A DNA stretch of 58,499 bases from a bacterium (GTDB lineage Bacteria > Hinthialibacterota > Hinthialibacteria > Hinthialibacterales > Hinthialibacteraceae). The notes beneath the pieces were generated by a model that worked only from the letters and a program-made list of their open reading frames with translations, made no database searches and was not told the origin of the DNA. The stretch is taken from assembly GCA_963663405.2 (NCBI GenBank), contig CAXXSM010000029.1:1-58499 (forward strand). The letters run 5' to 3'. The position numbers and the translations under genes were made by a program. This document shows positions 38,495 to 48,677 of this stretch, piece after piece; the first letter of the stretch is position 1; each line of letters begins with the position of its first letter.

Positions 38495-39667
38495 CTAATT
38501 CTTTTTCGGATTCCCGTCCAGTAGATACGGATTTTCCTGTAAAAAACGATACACCGCTTCCGCCGCGATGCGGTGGCCCTCTTCATTTGGATGACCGTCG
38601 GTGGGAGATACCCACAAAGAAGTGGCGTTTTTCCCCTCGTAGGCTGGGAATAGATCAAGGAATGGAATTCCTTCTTGCTGGGCGAATTCTCCAATGACCT
38701 GGTGGGATTCGCGGGCGGGGTACGATTCGGTCAGATTGGTTAGCAGGGGAAAGAGCGCAAGAGCGAATTGAAAACCATGTTCTTTCCCGAGATCATGAAT
38801 CTGTTTCAACGCCGCTTTGGACCGGCGCCATCCTTCGACGTTTTCTTTATACGCCGTGCTGTAGAAATGCCCGCTGGATGGGATATTGAATCCCATCCGC
38901 CGCCCCAGCGAAGCGATTCGCGGGGCGAGATAGGCGAGAAAATGAGAATTTCTTCGCAGCGAATCCACCATGCTATACAATGGATCGCGATACCGCCGTT
39001 CCTCACCGGATTCTTTTTCCGCTTTTGCGCCGGTCTCATTTTCTGGTTTTGGGAGGTATTCCCGCTTGATTTCAATGTCGTTCATTACATAGAAAAGCAA
39101 AACGAGATCCGGTTTGAGTTCCAATCCAAATTCTTTCAATCGAGTCAGTGAATCGTCGGTGTTGTAATCTACGACACCGAGATTGATCACCTCGATGGAT
39201 TGAGAGGATTCGTTTTGATTCAATTGTTTTTCGAGGCGTGTGGGGAAGATCACTTCTTCCGGCGCGCCCGCTCCGAACGCGAAGGAATCGCCTAGAATGA
39301 GAATCCGTTTGGCGCCGGATGGTTTTTCGCGGGTATACTCTCGGCCCCGGAAACCGAGTTGATTGATATGAACCCGCGCGCCCGCCGCGATCTCTTCCGC
39401 TCCCGGACGGAGAACCACACGGGGGAGTTTCCCTTCACGGATGATGTAAATACTGCCGGAATCAGGAGGGAGTTCTTGACTGCGAATCCAGATTTCTCCA
39501 ATGATGAAAACAATCACAAGAGTGAATCCAGAACTGAATAGGATGAGAAGCAGGTTGTAGATAACGTTTTTGATCCGGCTCCGTTTTTTCGGCGCCGCCG
39601 TTTTTTTCTTATCCGTTTTGGATTTAGGTTGTTTTTCTTTTAAAGCGGGTAAGGGTTCGTTCGTCAT
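38495..39667 (-). CDS. membrane-anchored SGNH/GDSL hydrolase
   Basis: IN.LGFRG, LGDSFAFG, NLGV, ND, DGHPN. Start probably 39667. Confidence 0.88.
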   Translation of the reverse strand: MTNEPLPALKEKQPKSKTDKKKTAAPKKRSRIKNVIYNLLLILFSSGFTLVIVFIIGEIWIRSQELPPDSGSIYIIREGKLPRVVLRPGAEEIAAGARVHINQLGFRGREYTREKPSGAKRILILGDSFAFGAGAPEEVIFPTRLEKQLNQNESSQSIEVINLGVVDYNTDDSLTRLKEFGLELKPDLVLLFYVMNDIEIKREYLPKPENETGAKAEKESGEERRYRDPLYSMVDSLRRNSHFLAYLAPRIASLGRRMGFNIPSSGHFYSTAYKENVEGWRRSKAALKQIHDLGKEHGFQFALALFPLLTNLTESYPARESHQVIGEFAQQEGIPFLDLFPAYEGKNATSLWVSPTDGHPNEEGHRIAAEAVYRFLQENPYLLDGNPKKN

Positions 39668-39725
39668 AGACTCTTTTCTCCCGGCAATCATTCTGCATGA
39701 TGTTTACGGATGGGCGCCGCGCAGG

Positions 39726-41495
39726 TCACTCTTTCTTTTGTAGACGCCGCGCGAGTTCTTGGGCTTCAAATGTCCGGCCTTGTTTTTGGTAATTGATGAT
39801 TACGTTTCTCAAAGCGGTTGGGTGATTGGGATCAATCGCAAGGACTCGTTCGAACAAGCGGTTTGATTCATCCAGGTTATTCCGCTTCGCATAGAGAACT
39901 CCCAGATTGAGAAGCGTGGAAGGGAAATCCGGCGTGTAGGACAACGACTGCTCATACGCGTTCAGCGCATCCAATTCCCTGCTCTTTTCTTCAAAAAAAA
40001 CACCTAGATTATACCACCCTATGCCGATTTCCGGTTTAGCGTTCCATATGAAAAATGGATTGGCGGTCACGAAGACTGCGCATACGATCCAAACAACGCA
40101 AATGATTTTTTGTTTGATCCAGCGGCTCTCACGAATATAACCAGCGGCTCTCTGGATCGTCAAAACCGCTAGAATCGTTAAAAACGGAAGAATCCCCGCA
40201 AGAAAACGGTCTGATGAATAGTAGACAACGCATAATAAAAGATACCCTCCAACAGCAGCGAGAAGCGCTTGTTCCAATCTGGACCGGCTCCATCCTACAA
40301 ACGGCGCTCCAGCGATGGCGCCTGCCAACGCAAGCCAGGTAAATAGATGCAAGAATCCCAACCAGGGAATCCATTGCCCCTCAAAATGGGAGGAATAATT
40401 AACGGCGGGAGGACAATAATAGAACGCCCATAGGATTTTCTTGCATTCGAGAATGATGAATTGAAGGGGATGCGCAATCACCCACTTGATGGTTTTCCCA
40501 ATCCAGTAGGCGGATGCTTCGGAGGGCTTCATCGGGCGTCCGGCGAGTTGGGAGGCTAATTCTACGCTGCCGGTACACTGTTGGGCGATATCGTTTGAGA
40601 GTCCTTCCACCGGCGCCAGACCGCCTTGTGCTAGGGGATTGGTTCCCATATAGAGCGTAACGCCGGAATTCGCGCAGATCGGGATAAAATCCCCTCCGAT
40701 TACGATGTTCCGAATCGTTACGGGCAGGATCATCGCCGTAAAGACAGCAAGAAAGAGAACGCCTTCTTTTCGAAGACGGATCGATAGCAACTTCTTAAAT
40801 AGAACTCCGGGATTCTTAAACAATTCGTATATCTGACAATCGGATTGAGAAGCCAAATACACAAAAAAAACGAAAACCAATGGTGGAAGCGTAAACAATA
40901 AATTTGGCCGGCACAACACCGCAAGCCCATACAATAAAGACGAAGCGGCAAGATACCAACCGTTGTTTTTCACGATCCAAAAACAAAATGTTAAGAAAAA
41001 CGAGAGAAACAAGAATAGGCCCAGCGTGGCCGCGAGAGTCTTGCTTTCACAAAAAAGCGGGAGTGGTGAGCACGCGAACAAAAGCGCCGCCGCTCCTGCG
41101 CCCATCGGTTTAAGAAACAATCGCGCGATACAATAACAGAGAAGAACGTTAGCTACGCCGATCATGATTTGCAGCCGGATCGCCTGCTCGATCGTGTGGA
41201 ATCCAGCGTGATGCAGCGCGGCGAGAAAATAGGGATAGAGCGGCGCTTGATAATACGGCCCCCGCTCTGTAAGAAGCCAACCTTCCTGATAGATCGTTCG
41301 GCCCAAATCCCAATACATTTTGGCGTCGTTGGCGGGATGGATGGCGTTGGGAACCGAATTCAGATAGGCGGAAAGATAGAATGAACGAATGATAAACGCG
41401 AACGAGAGAACACAGATCAGAACGAACCAGTCGGAATGCAAGAGATTATTCGGGCGGTTCATTGGATTGGATTGAGATGATTTCATAACGGTCAA
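39726..41495 (-). CDS. GT-C (PMT/ArnT-like) glycosyltransferase with C-terminal TPR
   Basis: DA..Y, PLYPYFLA, RPN, RN..IGG, NSG..LYMG.N, TPR repeats. Confidence 0.82.
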   Translation of the reverse strand: MTVMKSSQSNPMNRPNNLLHSDWFVLICVLSFAFIIRSFYLSAYLNSVPNAIHPANDAKMYWDLGRTIYQEGWLLTERGPYYQAPLYPYFLAALHHAGFHTIEQAIRLQIMIGVANVLLCYCIARLFLKPMGAGAAALLFACSPLPLFCESKTLAATLGLFLFLSFFLTFCFWIVKNNGWYLAASSLLYGLAVLCRPNLLFTLPPLVFVFFVYLASQSDCQIYELFKNPGVLFKKLLSIRLRKEGVLFLAVFTAMILPVTIRNIVIGGDFIPICANSGVTLYMGTNPLAQGGLAPVEGLSNDIAQQCTGSVELASQLAGRPMKPSEASAYWIGKTIKWVIAHPLQFIILECKKILWAFYYCPPAVNYSSHFEGQWIPWLGFLHLFTWLALAGAIAGAPFVGWSRSRLEQALLAAVGGYLLLCVVYYSSDRFLAGILPFLTILAVLTIQRAAGYIRESRWIKQKIICVVWIVCAVFVTANPFFIWNAKPEIGIGWYNLGVFFEEKSRELDALNAYEQSLSYTPDFPSTLLNLGVLYAKRNNLDESNRLFERVLAIDPNHPTALRNVIINYQKQGRTFEAQELARRLQKKE

Positions 41496-43062
41496 TAAAC
41501 AACGGTTCGTTCAATTTACGCAATCCCATCTTGGGGGTTTGGATTCTCGCATGGTTTAACGTTCTCTTTGACTCCAACAAATCGAATAGAGGGCGGTTGA
41601 TCCGCCGGTCACTGCCAACAACCCAGAACCGCCCCCCGGCGCCGGTTGAATCGAGAACGTGTTTGAGAACTGCTTCGGCTTCGTTGGTTAAGTCAGTATT
41701 GTTGACATACCATTCTTCGTTACAATGCGCGAGATGATCCGCCATATCCCGTGGATAGGAGATAAAAATAAATCCACGCTCCTTTAGATAATACGCAAGC
41801 GGCGGGCGGGTCAATCCCGTACAGACAATCACTTCGCCCGTTTTTCCATACCGGTTGAAATACTCGATGACAGGCCGCTCGTTGAGCGAGTCGGTCCGGC
41901 TCCATGAAAAACCACTTAGAAACAGCATTTGAAGGACAATCACCGCTCCACAGGCAATGCGCAATTCTTTGCCAGGAATCCGCATCACTCCATATGCGAT
42001 TACAAGAAGCCAGAACGGATAGAGATGAAAATCGGTGCGTCCAGGGAGATAAATGGGTTTCCAGAACAACGAATAAAAATAAGGGCCGAGGATTCCGAGC
42101 GAGAATAAAACGATGATGAAGATCATGCGCCGGTCATAATACCGCATGGCTTGATAGATAGCAAAAAGAAGCAGCGATCCAAATAGGATATGATTCATGA
42201 GTTGAAGCGCGCTGGGGAATGTTAATAAATCCATATAGATCGGAATGTTTCCTCCCGGTTGAAACACATTGAATACCGCCCACAATGCTGTGGGAGACCA
42301 GAGTTTTTCCACCCAGGCGATCGTCTTTTCCGTATTATCAAGTTGTTTGAGCAATGTGGGAATCCAGGGGATGTAGAAGAGGAGGGTCAACAAGGATACG
42401 GTGAACCATTTCAACCGCAACCGCCAATTTGGGTAAACAAAGAGCGCAGTGATTGCACCTGCGAGAAGAAGAAACCAGGCGATGTTGTGGGTATAAACTA
42501 ATGCGATGGAAATGGGAATCGATACGATCAATGCCCAACGGTTATGATGGATTCCATACTGGAGAAGACAATAAACATAGCCTAATGAAAGAGCGGCGAA
42601 GAGTGTATAGTTCCGCGTTTCTACAGCGTAATGGACCGTGAGAGGCGTAAAAATCCAGAACGCAGCGGCAAGAAACGCAAAGGTTCGATTGCAAACCATC
42701 CGGCAAAGATGGTAGTACAGCGCTGTGCTAACCAAGGCGAACAGAAGAGACATACTGCGAAGCGCCGTTTCCGATTCACCAAAGAGAAACCACCATCCAT
42801 GAAGCAGATCGTAGTAGAGCGGCGGCCCTGCGTCGAAGACCATTGATTGATGAATCTCAAGAATCGAACGTCTGGCGATCAACGCGGAATAGGATTCATC
42901 GAGCCATAATGGAGTCAGAAATAATCCCGGCGCACAAACGAGCAATTGCGCTGTCAATAATCCGCAAAGAATCCAGCGATCACCGAGTCTTTGTAAGATG
43001 GGTTCATTCCGCTCGTAAGTAACGGAATCATTGGTTGGCGCTGGGGTAAAAGGATTCTTCAC
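41446..43062 (-). CDS. GT-C (family 39-like) glycosyltransferase
   Basis: LWLDESYS, PPLYY.LLH.W, SE.ALRS.S, ETRNY, YTH. Confidence 0.85.
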   Translation of the reverse strand: MKNPFTPAPTNDSVTYERNEPILQRLGDRWILCGLLTAQLLVCAPGLFLTPLWLDESYSALIARRSILEIHQSMVFDAGPPLYYDLLHGWWFLFGESETALRSMSLLFALVSTALYYHLCRMVCNRTFAFLAAAFWIFTPLTVHYAVETRNYTLFAALSLGYVYCLLQYGIHHNRWALIVSIPISIALVYTHNIAWFLLLAGAITALFVYPNWRLRLKWFTVSLLTLLFYIPWIPTLLKQLDNTEKTIAWVEKLWSPTALWAVFNVFQPGGNIPIYMDLLTFPSALQLMNHILFGSLLLFAIYQAMRYYDRRMIFIIVLFSLGILGPYFYSLFWKPIYLPGRTDFHLYPFWLLVIAYGVMRIPGKELRIACGAVIVLQMLFLSGFSWSRTDSLNERPVIEYFNRYGKTGEVIVCTGLTRPPLAYYLKERGFIFISYPRDMADHLAHCNEEWYVNNTDLTNEAEAVLKHVLDSTGAGGRFWVVGSDRRINRPLFDLLESKRTLNHARIQTPKMGLRKLNEPLFIDRYEIISIQSNEPPE

Positions 43063-43215
43063 TCGTGGCGTATCCCAAATTAATTTCTGTGATCACGAAT
43101 AAGGCGCCTTAAAAAAGGCGCCCGTAAATAGACTCGTTATTATATTTTGTATTCACCATTCGTGGAAAGGTGATAAAGTGGAATTCGTTAAAAATCGAAA
43201 CTCACAACGAAAATT

Positions 43216-43476
43216 TCATGTACTGCGCCGCGATCGGGGGAAGATACGACGCAAACGAAATTGTGAATCACGCTCACCGCTTCCTTCCGATTCCATCCGT
43301 TTACCACGGCTCGATCCTTTGATAAGAAAAAGCAGGGGACCGTCCCATTTAAGCCCCTCTACCAGACGCGTATATGCGCGGTTCATAATCGTCAATAAAA
43401 ACCGTACTTTGAGCGCGCAGATTAAAACTAAAATGAAAATTGCGCCCCAGAAAAAGAGTCCTTCGTATCCATCCAT
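43216..43476 (-). CDS. small single-TM hypothetical protein with basic tail
   Basis: AGGAGG 8 nt upstream of the ATG at 43476; TM LFFWGAIFILVLICAL; 86 aa. Confidence 0.55.
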   Translation of the reverse strand: MDGYEGLFFWGAIFILVLICALKVRFLLTIMNRAYTRLVEGLKWDGPLLFLIKGSSRGKRMESEGSGERDSQFRLRRIFPRSRRST

Positions 43477-43670
43477 GATCTTCACCTCCTGTGAGTGAGC
43501 TCTCGTGGACCTGATGATACCTCCTGAAAATAATTATCTTGTTTCATGCTTCTAATCTTATTATAACAGTATTTTCATACTTTTCTCAAATATTTGTTTT
43601 TTTCATTGGATCTAGATGAGAACAAAGTGGGATCATGTTGAAATCGATTTTTGGTTTACACTGGATTTTT

Positions 43671-45005
43671 TTAATTGGAGTATTTCTCTTTGATATATCG
43701 GCTGACGTATTCCGCTGCGATTTCGATTCCTTTGTCGCTCCAATGGGTGTCGTTGACCCAATAGAGAAGTTCTTGAAATTCGTTCGCCAGCTGGGCGTGG
43801 TAGAGCGGTTCGTAGAGATCGAGAGCGTCGATCCCACGGGCGTTTAATTCTTCGACTAAAACCTCTGGAGCGCGCTGGGAAGGATGCGCGATTTGTTCTT
43901 TAGGTTCCGGGTATCGTTGGGGGAACTGGCGGGGGGTAACATGGTTTCGATAGATTTCATATTTATCGGGAACGATGATGACAAGGAATTTTGTCCCTAT
44001 CGTTTGACAGCGTTTGTGAATTCGTTCGATGGCATCGGCAATACGGGGGCCATTGCGTGACTCGCAATTGTAATCAAGGTAAGTAGACACGATATCTCCA
44101 CTATAGAAAAGCATGGGCGCATTGTCTGGAGTCTTTAACCAACTTAGCCGGACAGGCGTATCATTGCCCAACTGGAAAACGACTGGTGGCAGTGGCCTTG
44201 CGGCTTTGACGGCCCATTCGCGGATCACGCTGGTCGCCATGAGATATTTCTCGACTTGCACACGCCAATCTATATAATCTTGAATTGTCGGACTGGGGAG
44301 ATTCTCCGATGGGATTTTGAGAACCGATCCATCGTCCGCTAAGTCGTCGAATACCTCATTGAACGCCCAGTCGTATAAATATCGTTGGACAATTCCGAGA
44401 ATAACCAGTTTTTGATTGCCCTTGCAGAAGGAAGCGTCTGTCAGGACTTTGATAGCGGCGCGTGTGGGCGTGCCGCTGGGCCAGGAGGCGTTATAGACCG
44501 GCGTTTCTAAAAAGCGTGACAATTGGGATGCAAAGGTTTTATCAACAGTGGAGCCTTCCGCCATGTAACTGGTTCCTGTCAGGATGATTTCATGCTCCCG
44601 ATCGATAGGCTGGGGTGGATGGTTCGCCGGGCGGTTGGGGAAGCCCCACTCATCCGTAATCCGGTGAGAATAACGGAGGGGGTACGGGCCTTTCTCGACG
44701 GGAACGTTGAAAATGGGAAGTGGAGCGAGCCGCGTCAAGTCACCGGTCCAGCGGAATTCACTCAAGGGGGCGTATGGGGCGTCGTAAACCCTCCAAGGAA
44801 GGCTAAGGGAAGCCCGCGCTGGTCCCAGGCAACGAGCGGCGATTTCCACTGTTAATAAAAGAAGAAATGGGAGCGAGACAATCGCGATTGAAATCCAAAG
44901 CGTTTGTGAACTGGCGAGCTCCGTTTGCCCGGTCAGGCGAGTCAATCGATCCCGATCCTTGATTTTCTTTAGATGCGCGAGTTTGGCTTTGATTTCATTC
45001 ATCAA
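43671..45005 (-). CDS. AlgJ/AlgX-like SGNH O-acetyltransferase partner
   Basis: TM anchor, GTSY block I, IVPDKYEIY, DTHWS (DxHW); adjacent to MBOAT. Confidence 0.8.
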   Translation of the reverse strand: MMNEIKAKLAHLKKIKDRDRLTRLTGQTELASSQTLWISIAIVSLPFLLLLTVEIAARCLGPARASLSLPWRVYDAPYAPLSEFRWTGDLTRLAPLPIFNVPVEKGPYPLRYSHRITDEWGFPNRPANHPPQPIDREHEIILTGTSYMAEGSTVDKTFASQLSRFLETPVYNASWPSGTPTRAAIKVLTDASFCKGNQKLVILGIVQRYLYDWAFNEVFDDLADDGSVLKIPSENLPSPTIQDYIDWRVQVEKYLMATSVIREWAVKAARPLPPVVFQLGNDTPVRLSWLKTPDNAPMLFYSGDIVSTYLDYNCESRNGPRIADAIERIHKRCQTIGTKFLVIIVPDKYEIYRNHVTPRQFPQRYPEPKEQIAHPSQRAPEVLVEELNARGIDALDLYEPLYHAQLANEFQELLYWVNDTHWSDKGIEIAAEYVSRYIKEKYSN

Positions 45006-45014
45006 ACATACCGT

Positions 45015-46418
45015 TTAAAATTGAAAGTACAGAAAAGGCGTAGACGTGCTCGCCAGGATAACGATCAGTGACAATAAGAAAACGAGTCCATCCCGTACAG
45101 CTAATGGGATCGTTTGCCGGGCGTTCATTTCCCACGTATTTTTCATAAAAAGACAGACACAGATTCCAATCGGGATTGTCCAGACATACCAAGCGGAAAC
45201 CAAGTGAGTGTTAATCGTGAAAGACGGGAATGAGAGAAACATCCCTTTCAACACCCGGCCCACCATTGGGAAATTTTCCGCGCGGAAAAGCACCCATCCC
45301 AGCAGGACTAAAAAATGAGTACAAACCACAGCTAGAGGACGGGGCAGCCAATGCAATGGATGCCGTTCACCCAACGCCCGTTCGGACGCGAGCAATAATC
45401 CATGCCACAATCCCCACAGGATAAAGACGATACTGGCTCCATGCCACAATCCTCCCAGCAGCATGACCAGCGTCAAGTTGACATACGTGCGTATTTCCCC
45501 CTTCCGGTTGCCGCCGAGGGGGATGTAGAGATAATCGCGCAGCCAAGTGGACAGGGAGATATGCCAGCGCCGCCAGAATTCAGTGATCGACGCGGATTTG
45601 TAGGGGGAATTGAAGTTCTGCGGAAAGGTGAATCCCATCAGAAGCCCCAGACCGACCGCCATATCGCTGTAGGCGGAGAAATCGAAATAGATTTGGAGCG
45701 AGTAACTTAGAATACCGATCCATGCGGATTCAAAACTAGGTTGGTGACTCCCAAACGCGGCGGGCACACCAAGCGCGAACAGATCGGCGAGGAGAACTTT
45801 TTTGGCCAATCCAAGCGAAAAGAAGCGCAGACCAAGCGCGAACTTGGCGGGGGTGTGCGTCCGTTCTTTCAGTTCTTCAGCGATCCATTGATAGCGCACG
45901 ATGGGACCCGCGATCAGCTGGGGGAACATGGCGATGTAGCTGGCGAAGGCGATCAGATCCGACGCCTCTTCCGCGTCGCCACGATATAAGTCTATCGGAT
46001 AACTGATCGCTTGAAAGGTAAAGAAGGAGATACCGATCGGTAGAACAATATCGAGAATGGGGATAATGTTCGTTCCGTTTTCCGGCGTTATGAACAATTG
46101 CGCGATCGTATCGGCCCAATGGCTGAACATACCCGCGTATTTGTAAAAACCAAGCAATCCTAAACTGCCCGCGACCGCGACGATGAGCCAAAATTTGCGG
46201 AGCCGATCTGATGACGATCTCATCATGGCTTTTCCACAGTAGAAATTCAACATCGTGGCCGAAGCCATCAGCAGGCAATACTCCGGCCGGTGCCAACCGT
46301 AAAAGACATAACTGCTGACTGTTAACCAAAGAGCGCGATAGCGGAACGGAATCGCATAATAAACCAGCAATGTAACCGGCAGGAATACAAAAAGAAATAT
46401 ATACGAACTAAAGACCAT
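45015..46418 (-). CDS. algI: MBOAT O-acyltransferase (AlgI/PatA/DltB family)
   Basis: LPIGISFFTFQ, FPQLIAGPIVRY, QIYFDFSAYSDMA, FWRRWHISLS.WLRDYLYIPLGG, GLWHGA. Confidence 0.93.
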   Translation of the reverse strand: MVFSSYIFLFVFLPVTLLVYYAIPFRYRALWLTVSSYVFYGWHRPEYCLLMASATMLNFYCGKAMMRSSSDRLRKFWLIVAVAGSLGLLGFYKYAGMFSHWADTIAQLFITPENGTNIIPILDIVLPIGISFFTFQAISYPIDLYRGDAEEASDLIAFASYIAMFPQLIAGPIVRYQWIAEELKERTHTPAKFALGLRFFSLGLAKKVLLADLFALGVPAAFGSHQPSFESAWIGILSYSLQIYFDFSAYSDMAVGLGLLMGFTFPQNFNSPYKSASITEFWRRWHISLSTWLRDYLYIPLGGNRKGEIRTYVNLTLVMLLGGLWHGASIVFILWGLWHGLLLASERALGERHPLHWLPRPLAVVCTHFLVLLGWVLFRAENFPMVGRVLKGMFLSFPSFTINTHLVSAWYVWTIPIGICVCLFMKNTWEMNARQTIPLAVRDGLVFLLSLIVILASTSTPFLYFQF

Positions 46419-46570
46419 GCGTTTGGTTTTCCAATTTTAAAGAATCCTTTATCATCCCAGCAAAGTGGATGCGCGATGGGAGACGGTTTAAAGAAGGCAA
46501 TAAGAAAATGATTTTACCACCGGTCTTCATCCGGTTCAACTTTCATGATTAGAGGAGAATAAGAAACGGT

Positions 46571-47521
46571 TCAGAACGGCTTGACTTCTCCAGAGAGTGG
46601 ATCGAAGAAAGTGCGGCTTGAATACATTCTGCGGCGGGCAGGATTTGCCGCGCGGCGGTTGCTGACAGAGACGGCGCGCAACGTTTGCGCGAGATCGATG
46701 ACTTGCGGGGGGATGTCCGTCCGTTCCTCAAGGGGGGGAAGAAACCTTCGGTCCAATTCGATCTGGATCGTATGGATGCGCGGCTCCACACCATAGGCCT
46801 GGGTCGTGTACGCGCCTTGATAATATCCTCTCGAGACAACATGATTTCCCCGGCTTTCCAACTCGCTTTGAATGGATTCAAGAATGGAAGGATCGCAGGT
46901 TTCCCCATTTCTTGTCCCTAAATAAATGACAGGCCGGTTGATGGTTTGATGCCTATTAAAAGGATGCGCGCTGTGAAGGCTGATGACGATAACACGCATA
47001 TACATTTCCAACGTGGAATCAATCAATTGCCGCAGTCGTTCATGATAGGGATACCAATAGTATCGCAGCCGGGCTTCCACCTCATCTTCATCAAGCGGGG
47101 AATCATACAGTTGAATCGCTTGTTTGTTCTGGCGTGTGAACGGAACAATCACACCACCATCTTTATGAACACGCGCGCCCGGCCAGCGGGGGCAGACGCG
47201 GGAATCGACCCGGTCCGCGCCGCGATTTAGATCCACTACAAGGCGGGAAATCGTGTTGTAGATCCAAGTTCCACCCGTTTGGGATAGGAGATAGGCGCCC
47301 GCTTGATCGATGTATGAATCCGCCCGGTTCGCCGCGGCGGACACTAAACGGGTATGACGTTGCGTGATATCCAGCGTTAAACGGCCGACATGAGGGGATT
47401 CATAAATCAGATTGCATGTGTCTCCGGTTTGGATTTGATAGATTTCTTGTGTCATGGATTTTGATAATTCTTCACTCTCCGTGAGCGTTGTTTTCTCAGT
47501 ATAATGAAATATAACCATCAA
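46571..47521 (-). CDS. N-formylglutamate amidohydrolase family protein
   Basis: SPH.G, SR.VVDLNR, YWYPYH, HS, LGT..G.TC, H.IQIE. True start uncertain. Confidence 0.8.
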   Translation of the reverse strand: MMVIFHYTEKTTLTESEELSKSMTQEIYQIQTGDTCNLIYESPHVGRLTLDITQRHTRLVSAAANRADSYIDQAGAYLLSQTGGTWIYNTISRLVVDLNRGADRVDSRVCPRWPGARVHKDGGVIVPFTRQNKQAIQLYDSPLDEDEVEARLRYYWYPYHERLRQLIDSTLEMYMRVIVISLHSAHPFNRHQTINRPVIYLGTRNGETCDPSILESIQSELESRGNHVVSRGYYQGAYTTQAYGVEPRIHTIQIELDRRFLPPLEERTDIPPQVIDLAQTLRAVSVSNRRAANPARRRMYSSRTFFDPLSGEVKPF

Positions 47522-47714
47522 AGACTATGCGTTATTTAAGTGAAAAGCATGTTGATTGTGAATCTTGTAATTTACCAATACTTATATGATAATGCTGATT
47601 AAATCAAAGAAAAGTCAGTTCAATAGGAAAATCCTCGAATCGTTGTTCAATTCTAATCTTGATAATAAGTAACCAAAGATTCTACAGCGAAGACAACTAC
47701 AGCAGGCCGTTTCA

Positions 47715-48647
47715 ATGACCAGAATATTAATCTCGGAAGATAGCCCCACTACTCGCAGAATGCTCGAACACAATCTCACTCAATGGGGATTCGACGTCGT
47801 TTCGACTGAAAACGGAAAAGAAGCCTGGGATATCCTTCAGGGCGACAATCCTCCCCAACTGGCGGTGATCGATTGGCTTATGCCCGTCATGGATGGTTTA
47901 GAAGTTTGTGAAAATTTGAGAAAACTGAAATTGGACCGTTATGTCTATGCAATCATCTTAACCGGAAAGACCCAGACGGAAGACGTCGTTAAAGGATTGG
48001 AATCCGGCGCGGACGATTATCTAAAAAAACCGTTTAGCGTAGAAGAATTGAGAGCCCGTCTACTCGTTGGCAAGAGAATCATTGAACTCCACAATCGATT
48101 ACAGGACCTGGCGATGCGGGATTCGTTGACCGGGCTTTGGAATCACCAGGCGATTTTGAAGATTTTGAACAATGAGATGGAGCGATGGAAGCGGTTGGGT
48201 GAATATTTAGCGGTCTGTATGTTGGATTTGGATTATTTTAAACAGGTCAACGACACTTATGGACATCCAGTGGGAGATAAAACCCTTTGTGAATGCGCCC
48301 GCCGAATAGAGAAATTAATCCGGGCCTACGATTCTGTTGGACGATATGGAGGAGAAGAATTTCTGATTGTCGTCCCCAATGGGCGGTTGATGGATTCAAT
48401 CAAGCAGGCGGACCGGCTTCTCGCCGAATTCCGAAACCGCCCTTTTCAATGTGGAGAGCATACATTTTACATCACTGTCAGCATTGGTATAGCAATCACG
48501 GGAGGGAAATACGAACGATCGGAACAGGAGTTAATCATTGAAGCGGATCAGGCGCTTTACTGCGCGAAAGAAAAAGGGCGGAACCGTTTTGAAGTCGCAA
48601 ATAACGGCGAGACTGTCTTCGTAGAGAATTATGAGAGATTGAAGTAA
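47715..48647 (+). CDS. REC-GGDEF diguanylate cyclase
   Basis: Receiver DWLMPVMDG; DLDYFK.VNDTYGH..GD; I-site RAYD and GGEEF. Confidence 0.95.
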   Translation: MTRILISEDSPTTRRMLEHNLTQWGFDVVSTENGKEAWDILQGDNPPQLAVIDWLMPVMDGLEVCENLRKLKLDRYVYAIILTGKTQTEDVVKGLESGADDYLKKPFSVEELRARLLVGKRIIELHNRLQDLAMRDSLTGLWNHQAILKILNNEMERWKRLGEYLAVCMLDLDYFKQVNDTYGHPVGDKTLCECARRIEKLIRAYDSVGRYGGEEFLIVVPNGRLMDSIKQADRLLAEFRNRPFQCGEHTFYITVSIGIAITGGKYERSEQELIIEADQALYCAKEKGRNRFEVANNGETVFVENYERLK

Positions 48648-48677
48648 AACAGGCTTGTGACAATAAGGATTGGTTTC

